64,000 nt of DNA from Vulcanimicrobiota bacterium (GCA_963805945.1 CAWDVP010000001.1:352001-416000); one strand, 5' to 3'; positions 24,628-34,307 are shown, counted from the first letter of the stretch. Numbers and translations are program-made. The notes: generated from the letters alone by a model not told the origin.

Positions 24628-25526
24628 GCCGCGCTCTCCTCGGCCTGGACGTAATGCAGGTAGATGTCGTTGAGGCTCGGCTCGACGATCTCGAAATGAT
24701 CAACCGGGCCGGCGGCGATGGCGGCCCGCAGCAGCTCGGCGGGCGCGACCTCGGGCGGCGCCTTGATGTTGACGAAGCCCTCGTCCGACGGCCGCACGCT
24801 CGTGTTGGGAAAGCGGCTCACAAACCCGAGGTCTGCGATCGCGCTCATGCGGATGAAGCGATCCGGCCACTGCGCTTTTATCTGCGCGAGGTTGCCGCTC
24901 ACCACCGCGTGCGCCCGATCGATGATGCAGATGTCGCGGGTGAGCTCCTCCACCTGCTCCATGCGATGGCTGGACAGCACCACCGCCGTACCGCTGCGCT
25001 CCAGATCGCGGATGGCGCCCTTGAGGATCTCGACGTTGATCGGGTCGAAGCCCGAGAACGGCTCGTCGAGCACGAGCACCGGCGGGCGGTGGACGACCGC
25101 GGCGATGAACTGCACCTTTTGCTGATTGCCCTTCGAGAGCTCGGCCGGCTTCTTGCCGAGGTTGTCGCTGAGCTTGAACGATTCGGCCAGCTCGGCGATG
25201 CGCGCTTTGGCATCCGCCTGGGGCATCCCGTGCAGCTGCGCGAAATACAGGAGTTGATCGGCGATCTTCATCTGCGGATACAGGCCGCGCTCTTCCGGGA
25301 GATAGCCGAACGTGTGGCGGATGTCCGCGTTGACGACCGTGCCGCGCCAGCGCACCTGCCCGCTGTCCGGCTGCAGGATGTCGAGCGCCATGCGGATGGT
25401 CGTCGTCTTGCCGGCGCCGTTGGGGCCGAGCAATCCGAACACCGCGCCGGGCTGTGCGGTGAACGAGAGGTCATCGACCGCTTTCAAAGTGCCGAACGAT
25501 TTCGAGACGTGTTGGACCTCGAGCAA
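24624..25526 (-). CDS. ABC transporter ATP-binding protein
   Basis: GPNGAGKTT, GYLPEERGLY, LSKGNQQK, LDEPFSG. Confidence 0.95.
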   Translation of the reverse strand: MLEVQHVSKSFGTLKAVDDLSFTAQPGAVFGLLGPNGAGKTTTIRMALDILQPDSGQVRWRGTVVNADIRHTFGYLPEERGLYPQMKIADQLLYFAQLHGMPQADAKARIAELAESFKLSDNLGKKPAELSKGNQQKVQFIAAVVHRPPVLVLDEPFSGFDPINVEILKGAIRDLERSGTAVVLSSHRMEQVEELTRDICIIDRAHAVVSGNLAQIKAQWPDRFIRMSAIADLGFVSRFPNTSVRPSDEGFVNIKAPPEVAPAELLRAAIAAGPVDHFEIVEPSLNDIYLHYVQAEESAA

Positions 25527-25543
25527 ACGCTTAGACCTCCGAA

Positions 25544-25568
25544 GGCCGATCTAAAGATCGGCCCTTAC
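25544..25568 (-). repeat. REP-like palindrome, family B
   Basis: GTAAG-GGCCGATCT-TT-AGATCGGCC, perfect 9-bp stem, between rlmN and the ABC ATPase gene. Confidence 0.65.
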
Positions 25569-25573
25569 ATGCG

Positions 25574-26677
25574 CTATGATGCGCGGGCTTTGTCGACCCG
25601 CAGTTGGCCGCAGGCCGCCGCGATATCGGCGCCCATCGTGTGACGGATCGTGCTCGGCACGCCCCGCTCGCGCAGGATCGTCTGGAAGCGGCGCATCGCC
25701 GCGACCGGCGAACTGCCGTACGGCGCGTCCGTCGCGTTGTACGGGATCAGGTTGACGTGGTGCAGCGGACCACCGAGCAGATCGGCGAGCTGGCGCGCGT
25801 CGTCCGGCGAGTCGTTGATGCCGTTGAGCATGATGTATTCATAGAACACCTTGCGATGCGTCTTCGCGACGTACTCGTTGGTGGCATGCATGAGCGTCTC
25901 GATCGGCCACTTCTTGTTGATGGGCATGAGCTTAGTGCGCAGCACGTCGTCGGCCGCGTGCAGCGAGATCGCCAGGTTCACCTGGATGCCCTGGCCGGTG
26001 AAACGCTCGATGCCCGGCACGACGCCGGCGGTGGAGATGGTCATGTGGCGCGCGCCGAGGTTGAAGCCCGCGGCGTCGTTGAGCAGCGTCACCGCGTCCA
26101 TCACCTGATCGTAGTTGAGGAACGGCTCGCCCATGCCCATGAACACGATGTTCGTGAGGTCACGCCCTTCGGCGCGCGCCCTTCGGGCGACGTCGACCGC
26201 CTGGTCGAAGATCTCGAGCGCCCGCAGGTTGCGAAAGAAACCGCCCTGACCGGTGGCGCAGAAGTCGCACTTGAGCGCACAGCCGGCTTGCGATGAGATG
26301 CAGGCGGTCGTGCGTCCGCCGCGGTGGCGCATGAGGACCGCTTCGACCTCTTTGCCGTCGGCGAGAGCGAAGAGCAGTTTGGTCGTCTGACCATCGCCTG
26401 ATGTCGCCTCGTGGACGAGCGAAAGCGTGGAGAGCTTGACGGTTTCCGCCAGCCGGCCGCGCAACGCAGCCGGCAGCACGCTCATCGCCTCGAACGACGG
26501 CGCGAGCTCTTTGGTCGCGGCGCGATAGATCTGCGCCAGCCGGTAGCGCTGCAGCTCGTAGGCGGTCGCAAGCGCCTCGGCGCTGTCGATGCCGGCAGCC
26601 TTCGCGCGACCCTCCCACCACAGCTCCTGCGGTGTTGGAGCGGTCGAATTCATTCGACCGTTTGCGTCTTTCATCAC
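25574..26677 (-). CDS. rlmN: 23S rRNA (A2503) methyltransferase, radical SAM
   Basis: CISSQAGCALKCDFCATG, MGMGEP, LAISLHA, GADIAAACGQL. Confidence 0.95.
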   Translation of the reverse strand: MMKDANGRMNSTAPTPQELWWEGRAKAAGIDSAEALATAYELQRYRLAQIYRAATKELAPSFEAMSVLPAALRGRLAETVKLSTLSLVHEATSGDGQTTKLLFALADGKEVEAVLMRHRGGRTTACISSQAGCALKCDFCATGQGGFFRNLRALEIFDQAVDVARRARAEGRDLTNIVFMGMGEPFLNYDQVMDAVTLLNDAAGFNLGARHMTISTAGVVPGIERFTGQGIQVNLAISLHAADDVLRTKLMPINKKWPIETLMHATNEYVAKTHRKVFYEYIMLNGINDSPDDARQLADLLGGPLHHVNLIPYNATDAPYGSSPVAAMRRFQTILRERGVPSTIRHTMGADIAAACGQLRVDKARAS

Positions 26678-26748
26678 TCTTCTATTCCGCCGAACAGCGT
26701 TGGCGGTTCTGGATCTTCACGGCGGTCGAATGAATTCGACCGCTCCAT
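26636..26748. repeat. Inverted doublet of family A palindromes, both inside coding sequence
   Basis: 26636-26660 on + and 26723-26748 on -, 62 bp apart, bracketing the udg stop and rlmN start. Confidence 0.85.
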
Positions 26749-27375
26749 CTCCTGTGGGGGCGGCGGCGAGGCGAGCTCGTCGAGCTTGCGCCGCACCGCC
26801 TGGAGGTCGGCCCACACCAGCTTCTTCACCGCCGTCATGTTGCCGCCGGTCTGCCGCAAGATGTACGCAGGATGGAAGGTCACGGTGAGGTCGGCGCCAT
26901 TGGGGCCACGATGCCACATCCCCCGCTGGCGCGTGATCGAGAAGGCAGGCCCGAGGAACGATTTGGCGGCCGGCGCGCCGAGCGCGAGGATGATCGCGGG
27001 CCGCACGATCTCGAGCTCACGGTCGAGATACTCCCGGCAGTTCGCCATCTCTTCCTGCATCGGCGCGCGGTTCGCGATGCGGCCGCCGAGCTCCACGCTC
27101 GCGCGGCATTTGATGGTGTTGGTGATGAAGACGTCCTCGCGCCGCAAATCGATCGCCGCGAGCATCTTGGTGAGCAGTTCGCCGGCTCGTCCGACGAACG
27201 GCTCGCCGCGCGCGTCTTCGCTCTCGCCCGGGCCTTCGCCGACGATCACCAGTCGCGCGTGCGGGTCGCCGACACCGCACACCACCTTGGTCCGCGTCGA
27301 GCCGATCGCGCAGCGCCGGCACGCGTCGACCGTCGCGTGCAGCGCATCGAGCGCGATGCGACGATCCGAATCCAT
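26674..27375 (-). CDS. udg: Uracil-DNA glycosylase, family 4 (Fe-S)
   Basis: CRRC, VGEGPG..ED..GEPFVGRAG, TNTIKCR, TFHPAY; ATG at 27375. Confidence 0.92.
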   Translation of the reverse strand: MDSDRRIALDALHATVDACRRCAIGSTRTKVVCGVGDPHARLVIVGEGPGESEDARGEPFVGRAGELLTKMLAAIDLRREDVFITNTIKCRASVELGGRIANRAPMQEEMANCREYLDRELEIVRPAIILALGAPAAKSFLGPAFSITRQRGMWHRGPNGADLTVTFHPAYILRQTGGNMTAVKKLVWADLQAVRRKLDELASPPPPQEMERSNSFDRREDPEPPTLFGGIEE

Positions 27376-28288
27376 CAGCCCCGCGCCACCCAGCTGAGAA
27401 ACGCCGCCCGCAGCGCGACGACGACGCCCGCGAGCAGCGCGGCGTAGACGACATAGCGCCCGACGAGCGCGGCCGACAGCGTATAGTGCCATAGACGTCC
27501 GTGATGTTTGATCCAGTAGAGCCGCCGGCTGCGCTGCCGCCAGTTCAGCACGCCGAGCTTGCCCCAGCGCTTCTGGCTGCCGCCTTGCTCCGACTTGTGC
27601 ATCGCGACGCACTGCGGCAAGAAGACGACGCGCGCGCCGCGCTCGTCGGAGCCGGTGCGCGAAGTCGATCTCCTCGTGATACAGGAAGAAACGCTCGTCG
27701 AAGCCGCCGAGCTCCGCGAAGACGCCTGCGCGGATGAACATCGCCGCGCCGACCACGAGGTCGACGTCGCGCTCGCTCGCGTAGTCGAAATCGCGCAGCG
27801 CGTAGCCGTTCGACTGCGCGCGGAACATCGGCCATTCGCCCCAGGCGGAGCTGCGCAAGAACGCCTGCCACCAGGTGTCGAACTCGCCGCACGACGGCGT
27901 CAGCTTGCCTTCTTCATCGAGCAGTTTGACGCCGGCCATGGCGACGTCGGGATGCGCGGCGAAGTAGTCCACCGCATTGCGGAGCAGGCCCGGCATGGCG
28001 CGCGCATCGGGGTTGAAGAAGAATAGCAGCGGCGCATGGGCCGCGCGCGCGCCGATGTTGCAGGCCTTGGCGAAGCCGTAGTTCTCGCCGTTCTCGAGGA
28101 TCGTCGCCGCGGGGAACACCGCGCGGGCGCGCGCGACGCTGTCGTCGGCCGAGCCGTTGTCCGAGACGACGATCTGCGCGAACTGGGGATCGCCCGCGAT
28201 CTCGGGCAGCGCCGCGAGCGAGCGCAAACAGCCTTCCAGCTCGTCGGCCGCGTTGTAGCTCACGATGATGACGCACACTTCTGGGCAT
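27375..28288 (-). CDS. Glycosyltransferase family 2 (WbbL-like; frameshifted)
   Basis: IIVSYN, DNGSAD, NYGFAKACN, FFNPD, GGFDERFFLYHEEID. Confidence 0.88.
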
Positions 28289-28356
28289 TCAGGCGTTGTT
28301 CTGCAAAAAAAACGAGCGTCTTGCAGACGCTCGTCGGAATGGTCCCGTTTCTTTAG

Positions 28357-28608
28357 CTACGGCGCCGCCGGAACCGCCTCCGGCTCCATGGCTGGAAGCG
28401 CGTTGAGCGCATCCAGGATCATGGCTAGCGGGATGCCGTAGCCTTCGCTCACCTGCTCGATGGTCTCGAACTCCGAGATCGCGCAGTGGGCGCATCCGCC
28501 GAGGTGAAAATTGGCGAACACCGCTCTCGCACCAGGGTGGAGAGCGAATGCTTCGCCGACGGTCAGGTCTTGGTTGAATCTAGGACTGTCTGTACTGACG
28601 GCGACCAC
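28357..28608 (-). CDS. Small CxxC protein (DUF1858 / hybrid-cluster-associated redox disulfide-like)
   Basis: TVGEAFALHP..FHLGGCAHCAISEFETIEQVSEGYGIP..LDALN. Confidence 0.7.
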   Translation of the reverse strand: MVAVSTDSPRFNQDLTVGEAFALHPGARAVFANFHLGGCAHCAISEFETIEQVSEGYGIPLAMILDALNALPAMEPEAVPAAP

Positions 28609-28709
28609 CCCCTTCTCCCGTCGTGTGCCGCGTATCGTCTCTGTGTGCGGCATCCGCGGGTTGATACAAAAGCAGTATTCGGGGCGCCTTTTGCGCGAAC
28701 CTCTCGCGC

Positions 28710-29817
28710 ATGGCGACGACACCGGACGACCAGCGCGCCCACGGCGGTCTGGGCTTCGACTGGATCATGACCGTCTTGAGCGGCTTCATGGTCGGCGGGC
28801 TCTACATCGACGGCTGGGCGCACAACCACCTGCCCGACTATCGAGACCTTCTTCACGCCCTGGCACGCGATCTTCTGCACCAGTTTCGCGCTGCTGGCGT
28901 TCATCTTCGCGTGGTATGTCGTCGCCGGGCTTCGCGCCGCGCCCGGAGCGGTCGAATCTATTCGACCGTTGGTCGCCGCGATCCCGCAGGGCTACGAATG
29001 GTCGGCGATCGGCGTCGCGCTCTTCGCGCTCGCAGGCGTCGGCGACATGCTCTGGCATATACGCTTCGGCATCGAGCACGACACCGAGGCGCTGCTCAGC
29101 CCCACCCATCTCGGCCTTGCCACCGGCATGGCGCTCATCATGCTCGGGCCGTTTCGCGCGGCCGTCGCGCGCGGCGCGAACGCCGCGGGCGCCGCGCTGT
29201 GGCCCGCGGTGCTCTCGCTCACCTTGCTCTACTCGGGTCTGACCTTCATCACGCAGTTCGCGCCCGCGATGGCCACCTGGGGCGTGGGGCCGATGCCGCA
29301 CGGCGACCTGGCGGAGCTTCGGCTCGACCGCTCGGTGACGGCGCAATTGCTCGATGCGGCGCTGCTGTCCGGCGTCGTCGTGCTGCTGGTGCGCCAATGG
29401 GGCGCGCGTTTGCCGTTCGGCGCGATCACCGCGTTGCTGCTCGGCAATTCGCTGCTCATGGAGACGCAGCAGGGCGGCTCGGAGCAGCTGCTCGGCATCG
29501 CGTTCGCCGGTCTGCTGAGCGATGCGCTCATCTGGTGGCTGCGGCCGTCGGCGCAGCGCATCGCGCAGTTCCGCTGGGTGGCGTTCGCCGTGCCGTGCCT
29601 CTACTTCGCGGCCCACTACGTCACGTACGCGATGCGCGGATACCCGGTCTACTATAAGATACACATCTGGGCGGGCCTGCCGGTCATCGCGGGTCTGGTC
29701 GGGCTCTTGCGAGCTTTCTCGCCGTTACGGGCCCGCGTTCTTCGCCGTCCGCCGCGCCTGCAGATACGCCAGCATGAACTGGTCGAGGTCGCCATCGAGC
29801 ACGCGCTGCGAGTCTGA
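28710..29817 (+). CDS. Polytopic membrane protein with two D-x3-H...P-x-H motifs (frameshift near 28836; 3' end uncertain)
   Basis: YIDGWAHNH..ETFFTPWH and GDMLWHIRFGIEHDTEALLSPTH, multiple transmembrane helices. Confidence 0.75.
28945..28968 (+). repeat. REP-like palindrome, family A, in frame in the membrane protein gene
   Basis: GGAG-CGGTCGAAT-CT-ATTCGACCG, translated as GAVESIRP. Confidence 0.8.
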
Positions 29818-30838
29818 GATCTTCACCTCGGTGCGGTGATCGTTCACCATCGTGTACGGCTGCAGCGTGTACGATCTGATCTGAGAGCCCCATTCGATCG
29901 CGCTCTTGAACCCGGTGAGCTGGGCGAGCTTCGCCGCTTGCTCCTCACGTCTCCGCTGCGCGAGCTTCGCCACCAGCATCTTCATCGCGCGATTGCGGTT
30001 GGCGAGCTGCGAGCGTTCGTTCTGCACCGCGACGATGATGCCCGACTGCTTGTGGGTGATACGGATGGCGCTTTCGGTCTTGTTCACGTACTGGCCGCCC
30101 GCGCCGCCGCTCTTGTACGTCTCGATGACGATCTCGTCGGGCTTGATCTCGACCGCCTCGTCGCCTTCTTCGATGTCCGGCGTCACGTCGACCGAGGCGA
30201 AGGACGTATGGCGGCGTTTGGCGGCGTCGTACGGTGAGATGCGCACGAGCCGGTGCACGCCGCGCTCGCTCTCGAGATAGCCATAGGCGTCGCGCCCCTC
30301 GACGACGATGGTCGCGCTCTTGATGCCCGCCTCCTCGCCTTCGAGGCTGTCGACGATCTCCGCGCGATAGCCGCGCCGCTCCGCCCAGCGCAGGTACATG
30401 CGCAGCAGCATCTCAGCCCAATCGCAGGCCTCGGTGCCTCCGGCGCCTGCATGGATCGTGAGGATCGCGCTGTGATGGTCGAATTCGCCGTCGAGGATCG
30501 CGGTGGTCTCTGCCGCGTCGAGATCGGCGCGCAGCTTGTCGAGCGCGCCGGCGATCTCCGCTTCGAGACCCGGATCCTCGTCGTCGAGCGCTGCGTATTC
30601 TTGCAACTCGTGCGCTGCGCTCTCAAGCCGATGCAGCGGCTCGATCTCGCCCTTGAGATCGGAGAGCTGCTTCATGTGTTTTTGCGCCGCCTGCGCATCG
30701 CTCCAGAACTCGCCGGCGTGCGATTGGGTCTCGAGCTCGGCTACCTGGGCCTGCTTGCGGGCATAGTCAAAGCCGCACCTGGAGGGTCTTCAGGCGGTCA
30801 GTGATGCGTTCGAGGTCGATGCGCAATTGATCGTTCAC
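29725..30838 (-). CDS. prfB: Peptide chain release factor 2 with programmed +1 frameshift
   Basis: GGQ motif (SGGAGGQYVN), GVHRLVRISPY; GTG at 30838, then CAGGTG CGG CTT TGA C with CTT as codon 23. Confidence 0.97.
30766..30781 (-). promoter_or_regulatory. RF2 autoregulatory frameshift site
   Basis: Internal SD-like AGGTG followed by CTT-TGA-C. Confidence 0.93.
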
Positions 30839-30936
30839 GTAGCGATATTTCCACATCGCGGCCTTGGAACCATACGTCCTGAGGGCCTTTGGCCTTGCGC
30901 TGGCCGTTTGGATGACTTATCATCATATGGCCGGAG

Positions 30937-31884
30937 GTGAGCTCGGTGAGACGGATTTCGACATTTTTCGCTATTATCGCGTTGGCGGTGCTGCCGCTGA
31001 CCCTCATGGGCGCGGCCACGTCGCCCCAAATACAGGTGCCCAAGGGCGCCGCCATCATCTATAACCCCGGAAACGGCGATTACACCGGTTTTCTCATCCT
31101 GGTGGACCACAACGGTCGGGCCTGGGCAGCGGACGGCGCTGGCCGGGGCTTTGGTCAATTGCAGCCGGCGCTCACGCAAATGCTGTTCACCGATCTCGCC
31201 GCGGCGGGACCCGCCCGGCTCCCGGTCCGCGTCTGCGCATCGACGCAGCCCGACCTCGCGGGCACCTCGATCTGGGTCAATGCGCCGAACGCCGCCAGTG
31301 CGGGTCGCGCACCGAGCCTTGAATGCGGATCCGATGCGCACAGCGAGAAGGTCGTCGCAGATACGTCGCTCATCCAGCATGCGCTCTACGTGCACGCGTA
31401 TCGCATCCGCAGGGCCCCAGAGCTGTATGCCGGGACCGCGAGCAGTTACGCCGGGAACGGCAGCGGCGGCAGCTACGCGCGTCAAGGCTCGTCTGCTGCG
31501 CCGACTTTCGGCTACGGCTTCTACGGCGACTCAGGCCTTGCGGGGGGGTTCAACGGCGGCGGTTACGGCAGTTTCAACAACACCAGCTTCGGCAATGGCC
31601 TCAACGCCAGCGGCAATTTCAACAGCACCAGCTTCGGTAGCGGCCTCAACGCCAGCGGCAATTTCAACAGCACCAGCTTCGGTAGCGGCCTCAACGCCAG
31701 CGGCAATTTCAACAACACCAGCTTCGGCAGCGGCCTCAACGCCAGCGGCAATTTCAACAGCACCAGCTTCGGTAGCGGCCTCAACGCCAGCGGCAATTTC
31801 AACAGCACCAGCTTCGGTAACGGCCTCAATAACGCCAGCAGCGGTCTTAGCATCGGCAGCGGTCTTAGCGGCCGCGCCCAATAG
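30937..31884 (+). CDS. Secreted protein with C-terminal Gly/Ser/Asn/Phe tandem repeats
   Basis: GGAG before the GTG start, signal peptide, 15-aa repeat FNSTSFGSGLNASGN. Confidence 0.8.
   Translation: MSSVRRISTFFAIIALAVLPLTLMGAATSPQIQVPKGAAIIYNPGNGDYTGFLILVDHNGRAWAADGAGRGFGQLQPALTQMLFTDLAAAGPARLPVRVCASTQPDLAGTSIWVNAPNAASAGRAPSLECGSDAHSEKVVADTSLIQHALYVHAYRIRRAPELYAGTASSYAGNGSGGSYARQGSSAAPTFGYGFYGDSGLAGGFNGGGYGSFNNTSFGNGLNASGNFNSTSFGSGLNASGNFNSTSFGSGLNASGNFNNTSFGSGLNASGNFNSTSFGSGLNASGNFNSTSFGNGLNNASSGLSIGSGLSGRAQ
31573..31830 (+). repeat. 45-bp coding tandem repeat, 5 full units and 1 partial
   Basis: Units start at 31573, 31618, 31663, 31708, 31753 and 31798. Confidence 0.95.
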
Positions 31885-32090
31885 GCGGGAGCTTCTTAGA
31901 CTTCTACTTTGTCGATTTCGGCGAAGAACGTTTTGCGCTCGGCAACTGACGCCACATCCCGCCAGATGTCGCGTGATCTTTCATAAGCCACTTATTCCGC
32001 CGAAGCAACACACCCGTCGTTTCTCAGATGCGAGCATGTCGCAGAATCGTCGACTTGGTTTCCCGCTCCCTAGCCAGTCTCACAGCTCGG

Positions 32091-33485
32091 CTATTTCTTG
32101 ACGCAGCTTCCTTTGTTGGCATTCCACGTGTCTTTTGGTCCACATGTTGTCTGAGCCCATTTGACAGCCCCGGTTGGCAGGGTGATGCGGAGATGCCGGT
32201 TACTGTGATTGTTGTCGGTCAATAGCTTGATCTTCGGGTCGCTAAGACTCCCGTAGTTCATACTCACGAATCTGCCGGTTCCCTTGGTACCGTCGCCCAC
32301 GATCACGTCGGCCGACCCATGCATCGTCACCGGCGAGAAAATGGGCCACTCGCCTGCATGCTTGGAGTCATCTTCGATGATGAATTCCGTCTGCCAGCCG
32401 AGCTTGCCGTTGCCCAGGTCCCCGGCATTGAGCTTATAGGATGGGCAGTCTGAGCTTCCGGCCTTGTCGCATTCCCATTGTGCGTGTTGGGTGATGTCCA
32501 CCATGTTCGTGCACTCGTAGCCGCCGTTCAGATCCAAGCCTCCCTTGGCGTTGCAATACCACTCCTCCATGGAGATGTGGTCGCCGGTCTGCGGAGTGAA
32601 TCGTGTTCCAGCGGTGTCGGTGTGCCCGCTGTGCTTGTCGAAAGTTTGGTGGTGAATCCCAAAGTAGCCGATTGTCGCTGTCGTATTGACATCGACGATG
32701 GCTTGGAAAACATTGTCGAGCCCGTTCCATATCGTCGCCGTGGCAATAGGCCCAGGCGTCAACTTCGGGATGACGAGGGTTGCCGAACTCGACCCGTAAC
32801 TGATCGTCTCAGCGGACGTCGCCTTCTTTTGGAAGGAACCGTAAAGGATGGCCCCAGTCCATCCAACCGACGGGGTCTTTGTGACGCTCTCGGGGGGATC
32901 CACGGGTTGGGTGAGGTAACGCTGGCGCGAAATCGGGAACCACACCAAAGTTTGGTCGCTATGGAGCTTGTACACCGGCACGCTCGCCGCGGCCAGCCAC
33001 TGTTGGTACGCGTCCGGATCCTTTGACGGATCGGGGCGTAGGCCGTAGCCTGCGCTTACCAGTTCTTCCTGCGTGAAACGACGCGGATCGCCGGCAAGAG
33101 CGGGCCGAACCGCCAGAGTCGTGCGCGATGGGTCAAACGGGCGCGGTTCGAAAGTCAGCTCCGAGCGAAGATCGACGGAATAGGTCTTGGCCTGTTGACT
33201 GGCATCGGTGCAATCGAGCGTCAGCCGCTCGACGCTGTTCAGCAGCGTCGGACGCACCGCGAGGAAGCGGATCACGCCATCCTCATCCGCATAGACGTGG
33301 ATAGACTGGTTCGGGTCCTGGTTCCCTTCGGGGTGAAGCATGCAGTTGCTATCTGCGGGGGCGTCGACCGACGCCTGCTCAAATTGAGCATCACCGGCAG
33401 GCTCTGCGGCGGCGGAAAACAGCAGACCCAAGATCATTATTGCGCACACTGTGCCGTAACGGCGGGAGGAAATATAGCCTTCCAT
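32091..33485 (-). CDS. Secreted G1-family glutamic peptidase (eqolisin-like)
   Basis: RBS GAGGAGG, signal peptide, propeptide-like ELxxxGYGLRPD..W, then GWTGA, IWNGLD, VFQA, TGDHI and TEFIIED (cf. scytalidoglutamic peptidase AEFIIED). Confidence 0.7.
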   Translation of the reverse strand: MEGYISSRRYGTVCAIMILGLLFSAAAEPAGDAQFEQASVDAPADSNCMLHPEGNQDPNQSIHVYADEDGVIRFLAVRPTLLNSVERLTLDCTDASQQAKTYSVDLRSELTFEPRPFDPSRTTLAVRPALAGDPRRFTQEELVSAGYGLRPDPSKDPDAYQQWLAAASVPVYKLHSDQTLVWFPISRQRYLTQPVDPPESVTKTPSVGWTGAILYGSFQKKATSAETISYGSSSATLVIPKLTPGPIATATIWNGLDNVFQAIVDVNTTATIGYFGIHHQTFDKHSGHTDTAGTRFTPQTGDHISMEEWYCNAKGGLDLNGGYECTNMVDITQHAQWECDKAGSSDCPSYKLNAGDLGNGKLGWQTEFIIEDDSKHAGEWPIFSPVTMHGSADVIVGDGTKGTGRFVSMNYGSLSDPKIKLLTDNNHSNRHLRITLPTGAVKWAQTTCGPKDTWNANKGSCVKK

Positions 33486-33561
33486 AGCACGCCTCCTCTG
33501 ATTCAGAAGTTCCTCGGTGGACCGGGTTCTTTCATTGCCGCCGGAGGCCCCTTCGGCCCCG

Positions 33562-34227
33562 TCAGGACTTGCCTTTCGGCTTGTAATCCGCGCCGAGATA
33601 CCGCAGGAACGCCCGAACGAGCTCCTCGACCAATTCATCATCGGTCTTGGGCAAGCGCGGATCAGGCGTGCCGGGCAGCGCATCGAACACGATGATCTCT
33701 TGCAGCGCGAATCCCACGAGCATGAGGGCGAACGGCGCCGCTTTGCGGAGATCCGGGTGGCTCATCTCATCACGCTTCAACAAGAGGAAGTCTGCAACGC
33801 GTTGGACCGAGCGAGCGTTGAGCTCGGCGGCCTTTTTCTTGAACGCGGCACTGGGATGCGACAAGATGAACTGATGCATCGCGCGCAGCATTTTGGCGTT
33901 CCGCCGTTGCGCGGCCAGGCTCTGCCGGACCAAAGTCTCGGCGAATGCCTGAAGCGACAGACGCTCGGCCAGGTCCGATGTCAGCACCGACGCCGTCGAC
34001 GCGTCGAGCGACTCGAGGGTCTGCAGGACGACCGCGCGCATGAGGGCGTCCTTGTCCGGGAAACGGCGATACACCGAACCAGGCGATAGGCCGGCACGGG
34101 CTGCGACTTTGGGGACGGTCGCCGCGTCCAGGCCTTTCTCGTTGAGGATCTCCCGCGCGGCTTTCATCAGCCGCTCGAGGGACTCGCGGCTTCGCGCTTG
34201 CTGGGGCGCCAGGGGTTTTTTGGCCAT
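33562..34227 (-). CDS. TetR/AcrR family regulator
   Basis: PQQARSRES..ATVPKVAARAGLSPGSVYRRFPDKDAL helix-turn-helix. Confidence 0.92.
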   Translation of the reverse strand: MAKKPLAPQQARSRESLERLMKAAREILNEKGLDAATVPKVAARAGLSPGSVYRRFPDKDALMRAVVLQTLESLDASTASVLTSDLAERLSLQAFAETLVRQSLAAQRRNAKMLRAMHQFILSHPSAAFKKKAAELNARSVQRVADFLLLKRDEMSHPDLRKAAPFALMLVGFALQEIIVFDALPGTPDPRLPKTDDELVEELVRAFLRYLGADYKPKGKS

Positions 34228-34267
34228 GCTCCGTTCTCGCGTCCGCCCCGTCTATCGAAACGGGGTC

Positions 34268-34302
34268 TTGACACAATGTGAATGTGGGTTTACATTTACA
34301 TT
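34268..34302 (+). promoter_or_regulatory. Sigma70 promoter of the MFS gene with an overlapping TetR operator
   Basis: TTGACA (34268)-17 bp-TACATT (34291); inverted repeat AATGTGAATGT-N6-ACATTTACATT at 34275-34302. Confidence 0.8.
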
Positions 34303-34307
34303 TGCCT

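Noticed and set aside
26674..28278. Glycosyltransferase-uracil-DNA glycosylase fusion
   Set aside because: Caused by a frameshift near 27640; the GT2 C-terminus continues in another frame and stops at the udg ATG.
31573..31830. CRISPR array
   Set aside because: Contiguous 45-bp units with no unique spacers, in frame within a gene.
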